From assembly GCA_946614035.1 (NCBI GenBank), contig CAMOGJ010000009.1:586-64585 (forward strand): a stretch of DNA of 64,000 nucleotides, given 5' to 3'. The translations under genes were made by a program, and so were the position numbers. The notes under the pieces were generated by a model, which worked only from the letters and a program-made list of their open reading frames with translations, did not search any database and was not told the DNA's origin. Source of the DNA: an uncultured Clostridia bacterium. Its GTDB lineage: Bacteria; Bacillota; Clostridia; Christensenellales; CAG-138. Positions 25,878 through 33,054 of this stretch are shown here, piece after piece. How positions within the stretch are numbered: the stretch's first letter is position 1; every line of letters starts with the position of its first letter.

Positions 25878-26528
25878 ATGAAACGGCGTTTGAAAAAAGC
25901 CATACCTGCATTTCTGGCGACGGTTCTGCTGGCGCTTCTCCTTGGGTGCGGCTGGGACAATACGCCGCAGTATGTGATCCCGAGCACCGGACCGACGCAC
26001 ACGCCGTTTGCGCGCTGGACGCCCTCGCCCGTTCCGGCGGACGCCGAGGTTACGGCAACGCCCGAACCGTCGGAAGAACCGGACGCCACGCCCGCAGGCA
26101 GCGTCGATCCGAACGCCACGCCGGATCCGAACGCGACTGCGACCGCGAACGCGTCGGCAACCGCCGGTGCATCGATCGACCCGTCGGTCTCTCCGACGCC
26201 CGATCCGTATCTGATCGGCAACTGGGAGTTTAAGCGCAGCCGCCACAAGGGCAGGGAAGTCCCGGCATCGGAAACCGGTCAGCGCATGATCTTCTGGCTG
26301 TTCGACAATGGCAGCGCGGAGCTGAACATCTATCAGATCAGCACCGTCAGCGACCCGCCGCAGAACACGCAGGGCGTGCAGTGGCGCATGGACGGCGCGA
26401 CGCTGATCATGACGCTGTACGGCGAGACGATGCTGACGCTGCAGTACGACGGCACGTACCTGATCCTCGAACAGGAAGTGCCAGGCAGCGGAACCGTGGA
26501 TATGATCTTCGAAAAGATCGGTCAATAG
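25878..26528 (+). CDS. Lipoprotein with lipocalin-like GxW module
   Basis: Start at MKRRLKKAIPAFLATVLLALLLGC (lipobox), then a Pro/Thr/Ala linker and LIGNWEFKRSRHKG. Confidence 0.65.
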   Translation: MKRRLKKAIPAFLATVLLALLLGCGWDNTPQYVIPSTGPTHTPFARWTPSPVPADAEVTATPEPSEEPDATPAGSVDPNATPDPNATATANASATAGASIDPSVSPTPDPYLIGNWEFKRSRHKGREVPASETGQRMIFWLFDNGSAELNIYQISTVSDPPQNTQGVQWRMDGATLIMTLYGETMLTLQYDGTYLILEQEVPGSGTVDMIFEKIGQ

Positions 26529-26593
26529 GGGGCGGTTGTCGGAAACGGCGCAGACTGTTTGCGGCAAACTCTTATCAATTCACTTGTATGTAG

Positions 26594-26621
26594 AAAGGAC
26601 GCAGTTCGCGTCCTTTCTTTT
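26594..26621 (+). terminator. Intrinsic terminator hairpin (duplicated at 26777-26804 as part of the tandem unit)
   Basis: AAAGGACGC-AGTT-GCGTCCTTT followed by CTTTTGG. Confidence 0.6.
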
Positions 26622-26959
26622 GGTTATGATGCCGCAAACGATCCGCGTTTTCGCTCGGTCGCATATTGCAATATAGCTCCTTCGCGAAGAACGCGGATTC
26701 TGCATCCCTTTCCGGCAGCCGCGGGAAACGGCGCAGACTGTTTGCGGCAAACTTTTATCAATTCACTTGTACGTGGAAAGGACGCAGTTCGCGTCCTTTC
26801 TTTTGGTTATGTTGCCGCAAACGATCCGCGTTTTCGCTCGGTCGCATATTACAATATAGCTCCTTCGCGAAGAACGCGGATTCTGCATCCCTTTCCGGCA
26901 GCCGCGGGAAACGGCGCAGACTGTTTGCGGCAAACTTTTACCGGTTTACATGTATGTGT

Positions 26960-27108
26960 GGGCTGTTAAGAAAGTCTTGCGTGTCATCCTGAATCGCGAA
27001 GCGATGAAGGATCTCAGAACGAAACTGTCTTGTCATGCAACACTGTTTCAAACTTGCGTTCAGAGATTCTTCGCCTGCGGCTCAGAATGACAGACTTTCT
27101 TAACAGCC
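26960..27108. mobile_element. MITE-like element A, copy 2
   Basis: Near-identical to 13564-13715, with the same GGGCTGTTAAGAAAGTC / GACTTTCTTAACAGCC termini. Confidence 0.8.
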
Positions 27109-27268
27109 TCTTTGACTTTGCTGCCGCAAACGATCCGCGTTTTCGCTCGGTCGCATATTGCAATATAGCTCCTTCGCGAAGAACGCGGATTCTGCATCCC
27201 TTTCCGGCAGCCGCGGGAAACGGCGCAGACTGTTTGCGGCAAACTTTTACCGGTTTACATGTATGTGT

Positions 27269-27417
27269 GGGCTGTTAAGAAAGTCTTGCGTGTCATCCTG
27301 AATCGCGAAGCGATGAAGGATCTCAGAACGAAACTGTCTTGTCATGCAACACGGTTTCAAACTTGCGTTCAGAGATTCTTCGCCTGCGGCTCAGAATGAC
27401 AGACTTTCTTAACAGCC
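27269..27417. mobile_element. MITE-like element A, copy 3
   Basis: Near-identical to copy 2, including identical flanks on both sides, so it was probably duplicated as part of the 309-bp unit. Confidence 0.8.
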
Positions 27418-27592
27418 TCTTTGACTTTGCTGCCGCAAACGATCTGTTCACCTGAAAAAAGGGGTGGGCGGCGACCGCCCGCCATCGCGGGCAGCGCCGC
27501 GGCGGGACGAAAAAAGACGGTTGAAAAAAAGACGCGGACGTATTATACTGGATATAACCCCGAATAGGGGCAAAATGCAGGAGGGAATTACA

Positions 27593-28585
27593 ATGAAAAA
27601 GTTTTTGGCATTGGCACTGGCACTCGTTCTGGCGCTCGGCTGCATGATCGCCTGCACCAAAACGGACGTACAGAGCGGCGATAAGACCGTCGTCGCGATC
27701 GTTGTAGCCGGCACGTTCGGCGACCGTTCGTTCTACGATTCCTCGAAGGCGGGCGGCGATGCGCTCGCGAAGGATTTTTCGAACGTCGAAGTCAAGACGA
27801 TCGAATGCAACAACGAGAACCACGAAGTGCAGATGCGCAATGCGGCGGACGTCGCGAACATCGTCGTCTGCGTCGGCTGGGAATTTTATGACATCGAGAC
27901 CGTCGCGCCCGAGTATCCGAACGTCGACTTCATCTGGATCGACAACGCGACGAGCGCACCGGTTGCGAACGTGCTGAACATCACCTACGCGCAGAACGAA
28001 GGTTCGTTCCTGGCGGGCTACATCGCGGCGGCGATGAGCACCACCGGCGTGGTCGGCGCGGTCGGCGGCGAGGACTCCGACACGATCAACGACTTCATCG
28101 TCGGCTATGAGCAGGGCGCGAAGTATCGCAACGAGGCGATCAAGGTCGAGTACAACTACACCAACGACTACGACGACCCCGCGAAGGGCAAGGAATGCGC
28201 AAAGGCGCTCCACGACAAGGGCGCGGACGTCATCTTCCAGATCGCATCCAAGGCGGGCGACGGCGTGTTCGAGTCCGCACAGGAAGGCAATTTCTATGCG
28301 ATCGGCGTTGACAGCGATCAGAAGTACATCAATCCGGACGTCATCATCTGCTCGATGAAGAAGGAAGTCGGCAAGTCGATCTATGACGCGGTCGCGAAGT
28401 ACCTCTCCGGCGACAAGTCGCTCTGGGGCACCACGTGGGTTGCGAACCTTGCGGACGGTTACGTCGGCATCGGCTACGGCGACCTCGGCGCACCGCAGCA
28501 GATCGGCAGCGAGCTCAAGGCGGAGGTCGAAGACCTCGTGAACAAGATCACCTCGGGCGAGATCAAGGTCAACACCACCAGATAA
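27593..28585 (+). CDS. BMP-family (PnrA/Med-like) ABC transporter substrate-binding lipoprotein
   Basis: Start at MKKFLALALALVLALGCMIAC after GGAGGG. Contains GDRSFYDS, GYIAAAMS, GGEDSDTINDF and GVDSDQ, typical of basic membrane protein nucleoside binders. Confidence 0.85.
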   Translation: MKKFLALALALVLALGCMIACTKTDVQSGDKTVVAIVVAGTFGDRSFYDSSKAGGDALAKDFSNVEVKTIECNNENHEVQMRNAADVANIVVCVGWEFYDIETVAPEYPNVDFIWIDNATSAPVANVLNITYAQNEGSFLAGYIAAAMSTTGVVGAVGGEDSDTINDFIVGYEQGAKYRNEAIKVEYNYTNDYDDPAKGKECAKALHDKGADVIFQIASKAGDGVFESAQEGNFYAIGVDSDQKYINPDVIICSMKKEVGKSIYDAVAKYLSGDKSLWGTTWVANLADGYVGIGYGDLGAPQQIGSELKAEVEDLVNKITSGEIKVNTTR

Positions 28586-28597
28586 GAAACGCACGCG

Positions 28598-28629
28598 GAA
28601 GCTGCCCGTCGGGGCAGCTTCTGCCTTTT
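28598..28629 (+). terminator. Intrinsic terminator/attenuator after the BMP gene
   Basis: GAAGCTGCCC-GTCG-GGGCAGCTTC followed by TGCCTTTT. Confidence 0.65.
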
Positions 28630-28709
28630 CGAGGGATAACGGATCGCGCTGCGAGAAGCGAAACATGGCGGCGCTTTGCCGAAACTGTGGTTTTGACGTT
28701 TGCATCTGC

Positions 28710-29243
28710 ATGGAGAAGCTTCCGAACAGAAAACCGAATCGTTTGCGCGCTTATGATTATTCGCAGAACGGAGCGTTTTTTTTGACGGTCTGCACCGAGC
28801 AAATGCGCTGCCTGCTGTCAACCGTTACGGCGGATCAAACGCCGGAATCGGCACGCATCGTTCTGACGGGGATCGGAGAGGCGGTCGACCAAACCCTGCG
28901 GGAGATGAACGACCATTATCGGCGGATTCGTTTGGATCACTATACGATCATGCCGAATCACGTTCATCTTCTGATTTCGATTGCAGATGGTGAACGGGAC
29001 GGGGCGCCGAGGTCGTCGCCCCCTACCAATGCGTTATCCTGCTTTATGACTGCTTTCAAGAAGTTTTCCGAAAAGGCGTGCGGACAAAAGTTATGGCAGA
29101 GGGGATTTTACGACCACATCATTCGCGACGATGAGGATTATCGGATGCATAAGCAATACATCGACGAGAATCCGAAGAAGTGGATCATGGGGAAAGATGC
29201 ATATTACGGACACGAAACGGACTTTGTTCCGCCGAAACCGTAA
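28710..29243 (+). CDS. IS200-like Y1 (HUH) transposase, REP-associated tyrosine transposase (RAYT) type
   Basis: Start at MEKLPNRKPNRLRAYDYSQNGAFFLTVCT. HUH motif MPNHVHLL and catalytic Tyr context WQRGFYDHIIR. Adjacent to a REP array. Confidence 0.8.
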   Translation: MEKLPNRKPNRLRAYDYSQNGAFFLTVCTEQMRCLLSTVTADQTPESARIVLTGIGEAVDQTLREMNDHYRRIRLDHYTIMPNHVHLLISIADGERDGAPRSSPPTNALSCFMTAFKKFSEKACGQKLWQRGFYDHIIRDDEDYRMHKQYIDENPKKWIMGKDAYYGHETDFVPPKP

Positions 29244-29260
29244 GAAGGCATAAACATATC

Positions 29261-29360
29261 GTAGGGGGCGACGACCCCGGCGCCCCGCGAACGAATGTAG
29301 GGGGCGACGACCCCGGCGCCCCGCGAGCAAATGTAGGGGGCGACGACCTCGGCGCCCCGC
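29261..29360 (+). repeat. REP-like palindromic triplet (36-bp period)
   Basis: GTAGGGGGCGACGACCCCGGCGCCCCGC three times, starting at 29261, 29297 and 29333. Each unit has a GGGGCG/CGCCCC stem and a GTAG head. The reverse complement of copy 3 occurs at 29001-29026 inside the RAYT CDS. Confidence 0.85.
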
Positions 29361-29430
29361 ATGAACGAAACGGGGTATTTGAGCTGCTGAGAGATACGAA
29401 CGGCGCACAGCGCATGAAGGAGGAAGGAAA

Positions 29431-30960
29431 TTGACGGACGAAATCCGGTTTGAACACATTTCGATGGAGTTTCCGGGGGTGCTTGCGAACGACGATATCT
29501 CGCTGTCGATCAAAAACGGCGAGGTGTTCGCGCTGGTCGGCGAGAACGGCGCGGGCAAGTCGACGCTGATGAACATCCTGTACGGCATCAACACGCCGAC
29601 GGCGGGAACCCTGTACGTGCGCGGCGAGAAGGTTACGACCTTCAGCCCGAAGGCGGCGATCGATCGCGGCATCGGCATGGTGCATCAGCACTTCATGCTG
29701 GTTCCGTCGTTCACGGTCGCGCAGAACATCGTGCTCGGACGCGAGCCCAAGAGCGCGGGGGTGCTGTTCGACAACCGAAAGGCGGAGAAGCTCACGCGCG
29801 AGCTCGTCGAGGAATACGGGCTTGAGGTCGATCCGTCGGCGGAGGTGCGCGACATATCGGTCGGACTGCAGCAGCGCGTGGAAATCCTGAAAACGCTGTA
29901 CCGCGGCGCGGACATCCTGATTCTGGACGAGCCGACGGCGGTTCTGACGCCGCAGGAGACGGACGAGCTGTTCGAGGTCATACGCCGCATCGTGCGCGAA
30001 AAGCAGATGACGGTCATCATCATCACGCACAAGCTCAACGAGGTCATGGCGATTTCCGACCGCGTCGGCGTCATGCGGCAGGGCAAGCTGATCGGCGTCG
30101 AGGAGACGAAGAACGTCAACGAAAAGATTCTCGCATCCATGATGGTCGGTCGTCCCGTGCTGTTCGATCATCTTGAAAAGACCGGCGAGGCCGGAGACGT
30201 CGCGATCAGGGTCGAAGACCTGTACGTTGCGGACAACCGCGGTCTGCCCGCGGTGCGCGGCGTATCGCTGAACGTCAGAAAGGGCGAGGTGCTCGGCATC
30301 GCGGCGATCGAGGGCAACGGGCAGAGCGAACTGCTCGAAGCGATCACGGGACTCAGAAAGATCAATCGCGGCAAGGTCTCGGTGTGCGGCGTCGACGTGA
30401 CGAACAAAACGCCCGGCGAGATCCGCGCGATGGGACTTTCGCACGTGCCGGAGGATCGCCTTTCGACCGGCGTCGACAAGGTTGCTTCGGTTGCGGACAA
30501 CCTGCTGGTCGGTCGGCAGAAGGAGGCGCGCTTCAATCTCATGGGCTTTCATCAGCGCCGCTCGACGGTCGAGCGGTACGCCGAGGAGCTGTATCAAAAG
30601 TTTGACATCCGCGGCGCGGGCATTCATACCGAGGTCGGTTCCATGTCCGGCGGCAACATGCAGAAGGTCGTCGTCGCGCGCGAGTTCACGTTCGACACGC
30701 CGGTGCTTGTCATTTCTCAGCCGACGCGCGGCGTCGACATCGGTGCGATGGAGTTCTTCCACACGCGCATCATCGAAAAGCGCAACGAAGGCGCGGCGAT
30801 CCTGTTAAGCTCCGCGGACCTCGACGAGGTTTTCCGCCTGTCGGATCGCATCATCACCCTGTATGAAGGCAGGATCACCGGCGAGTTCCGCGCCGACGCG
30901 ATCACCAAGGAGGAGATCGGCTTCTACATGACCGGTTCGAGAGAGGGGGGAGAGGCATGA
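29431..30960 (+). CDS. ABC transporter ATP-binding protein, duplicated ATPase (sugar/nucleoside importer type)
   Basis: TTG start 8 nt after GAAGGAGG. Walker A GENGAGKST, Walker B ILILDEPTAVL, second signature MSGGNMQK. Confidence 0.9.
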   Translation: MTDEIRFEHISMEFPGVLANDDISLSIKNGEVFALVGENGAGKSTLMNILYGINTPTAGTLYVRGEKVTTFSPKAAIDRGIGMVHQHFMLVPSFTVAQNIVLGREPKSAGVLFDNRKAEKLTRELVEEYGLEVDPSAEVRDISVGLQQRVEILKTLYRGADILILDEPTAVLTPQETDELFEVIRRIVREKQMTVIIITHKLNEVMAISDRVGVMRQGKLIGVEETKNVNEKILASMMVGRPVLFDHLEKTGEAGDVAIRVEDLYVADNRGLPAVRGVSLNVRKGEVLGIAAIEGNGQSELLEAITGLRKINRGKVSVCGVDVTNKTPGEIRAMGLSHVPEDRLSTGVDKVASVADNLLVGRQKEARFNLMGFHQRRSTVERYAEELYQKFDIRGAGIHTEVGSMSGGNMQKVVVAREFTFDTPVLVISQPTRGVDIGAMEFFHTRIIEKRNEGAAILLSSADLDEVFRLSDRIITLYEGRITGEFRADAITKEEIGFYMTGSREGGEA

Positions 30961-32054
30961 AAAAACGCGGCATCAACGTCGGATATCTGGTTGCGCTGCT
31001 GATTTCGCTTGCCGTCGCGCTGCTGATCGGCGCGGCGATCCTCGCAGTTTCCGGTCATAATCCGCTCGTCGCCTATCGCGCGCTGCTCGGCGGCGCGTTC
31101 TCGAACGCACGTCACATCGGCGACATGCTCGAATACGCGATGGTTCTGTGCTTGTGCGGTCTCGCCTGCGACATCGGTTCAAGGGTCGGCATCTTCAACG
31201 TCGGCGGCGAGGGTCAGCTTCTTCTGGGCGCGATCATCGCGGCGCAGATCGGCGTATGGCTGTCCGGCACGTCGGCGTGGATCGCGATCCCGCTTGCGGC
31301 GCTCGGCGCGATGGCGGTCGGCGGCTTCTACGCGTGGATCCCCGGCGTGCTCAAGGTCAAGCTCAAGGTCAACGAGGTCATCACGACGATCATGCTGAAT
31401 ACGGTCGCGGTGTTCCTCTGCCAGTTCCTCGCCAAGGGTCCGTGGAAGAACGCGAACAAGAACATCGTCGCCGGCACCGGCAACCTGCCGAGCGAATTCT
31501 GGTTCTCGAAGCTCGTGCCCGGTTCGAACCTCTCGACCGCGATCATCATCTCGGCGGTGATCACGTTCCTCGTCTGGTATATCCTGCAAAAGACGACGAA
31601 GGGCTACGAGATGCGGCTCGTCGGCGACAATCCGCGCTTTGCGCTCTTTGCGGGCATCAAGACGGATCGCATCGTGATCATCACGATGGTGATTTCCGGC
31701 ATGATGTGCGGCCTCGTCGGCATGTTCCGCGTCTACGGCGCCGAGCATATCTATAAATCCACGGTATCGAACGAGTACTATTTCGAAGGGCTGATGGTCG
31801 CGATGATCGCGCAGTATCAGCCGCTGCCGACGGTCATCATCTCGCTGATCTTCGCGATCCTGAAGATCGGCGCGATGGGCATGGAGACCGCCGCGGGCGT
31901 GCCGAAACAGCTGTATCTGATCATCCAGACGGTCGTCATCTTCTGCATGGCGGCGGAGACCGGCATCCGCGTGGCGATCGGCAAAGCGCGCGAGAAACGA
32001 CAGGCGGCCCTGGACGTCAAGGCAAGAAGCGAAGGAGGTGCGGCGCATGAATAA
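30957..32054 (+). CDS. ABC transporter permease (BMP system)
   Basis: 365-aa polytopic membrane protein with ATGA overlap with the ATPase gene. Confidence 0.85.
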   Translation: MKKRGINVGYLVALLISLAVALLIGAAILAVSGHNPLVAYRALLGGAFSNARHIGDMLEYAMVLCLCGLACDIGSRVGIFNVGGEGQLLLGAIIAAQIGVWLSGTSAWIAIPLAALGAMAVGGFYAWIPGVLKVKLKVNEVITTIMLNTVAVFLCQFLAKGPWKNANKNIVAGTGNLPSEFWFSKLVPGSNLSTAIIISAVITFLVWYILQKTTKGYEMRLVGDNPRFALFAGIKTDRIVIITMVISGMMCGLVGMFRVYGAEHIYKSTVSNEYYFEGLMVAMIAQYQPLPTVIISLIFAILKIGAMGMETAAGVPKQLYLIIQTVVIFCMAAETGIRVAIGKAREKRQAALDVKARSEGGAAHE

Positions 32055-32997
32055 CCACAACGTTTGGGCAACCGTCTTTTCTGCGGGCACATTCGCGCAG
32101 ATGCTGCGCAGCGCCACGCCGGTCGCGCTGGCGGCGCTCGGCGGACTGATGACCGAACATGCGGGCATTATGAACATCGGCATGGACGGCATGATCCTGA
32201 TGGGCGCGTTCGTCGCCGCGGTCGCAAGCTACTTCTTAGCAAGCGCCGCGATGGGCGTGCTGGCGGCGATTGCGTTCGGCATCCTGATCGGTCTGTTCTT
32301 CGCGCTGTTTACCGTCAAGCTCCGCGCCGACGAGTTCATCATCGGCTGCGCGCTCAACACCTTCGCCCTCGGTCTTACCGCGTACCTTTCGCGCGAGATC
32401 TTCGGGCTTTCCGGCACCTCCGGCTTCGCGGTTCCGTGTCTGCCGGACGTGACGATTCCGCTCGTCAACAAGATCCCGTTCGTCGGCGAGGTCCTTTCGG
32501 GACATTCGGTGTTCGTATACGTCACGTGGCTGCTCGTGCTGCTCATGTGGCTGTTCGTTTACCGCACGCCGGTCGGCTTCTGGATCCGCGCATCCGGCGA
32601 ATCGCCGGAAACCCTGCGCACTGCGGGCAAGAATCCGGAGCGCATGAAGTGGATCGCCTCGATCCTCTGCGGCGTGTTCTGCGGGCTTGCGGGCGCGCAC
32701 CTGTCGCTCGGCTACCTCAACGGCTCGTTCGTCGAAGGCATGAGCGCTTCGCGCGGCTATATCGCGTTCGCCTGCGTGATCTTTGCGGCGGCGAACCCGC
32801 CCAAGGCATACCTTGCCGCGCTGATGTTCGGCTTCTTCGACGCGCTCGGTCTGCGGCTGCAGGACTACATCAGCTCCGATCTCACCGGCACGATCCCGTA
32901 CCTCATCACGATCATCATGATGGTCTACGTCGTCGTCAGCGGACAGAAGCGCCGCGAGCGCCTCGCAAAGCAGCAGCTCAAAAAGCTCGAAACGTAA
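32047..32997 (+). CDS. ABC transporter permease (BMP system)
   Basis: Start at MNNHNVWATVFS after GGAGG. Polytopic. Overlaps the upstream permease by 8 nt. Confidence 0.85.
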   Translation: MNNHNVWATVFSAGTFAQMLRSATPVALAALGGLMTEHAGIMNIGMDGMILMGAFVAAVASYFLASAAMGVLAAIAFGILIGLFFALFTVKLRADEFIIGCALNTFALGLTAYLSREIFGLSGTSGFAVPCLPDVTIPLVNKIPFVGEVLSGHSVFVYVTWLLVLLMWLFVYRTPVGFWIRASGESPETLRTAGKNPERMKWIASILCGVFCGLAGAHLSLGYLNGSFVEGMSASRGYIAFACVIFAAANPPKAYLAALMFGFFDALGLRLQDYISSDLTGTIPYLITIIMMVYVVVSGQKRRERLAKQQLKKLET

Positions 32998-33010
32998 TCG
33001 GCAATAGAAA

Positions 33011-33049
33011 AACAGACTGCCTCGTGCATGAGGCAGTCTGTTTCGTTTT
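33011..33049. terminator. Bidirectional intrinsic terminator
   Basis: 13-bp stem AACAGACTGCCTC / GAGGCAGTCTGTT with flanking A/T runs, between convergent genes. Confidence 0.75.
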
Positions 33050-33054
33050 GGATG

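Larger units (their letters stand above)
26541..27444. repeat. Composite intergenic repeat array of nested MITE-like elements A and B with 183-bp and 309-bp tandem duplications
   Basis: Element B (~118 bp, TIRs GCCGCAAAC/GTTTGCGGC) occurs at 26631-26748, 26814-26931 and 27123-27240, with partial ends at 26541-26565 and 27432-27444. The GGAAACGGCGCAG landmark recurs at 26541, 26724 and 26907 (183-bp period) and at 27216 (309-bp period). Confidence 0.85.

Noticed and set aside
26541-27444. Possible CRISPR array, because of regularly spaced repeats
   Set aside because: The whole 183-bp and 309-bp units repeat nearly identically, so there are no unique spacers. The repeat units are over 100 bp with their own terminal inverted repeats, and no cas genes are present.
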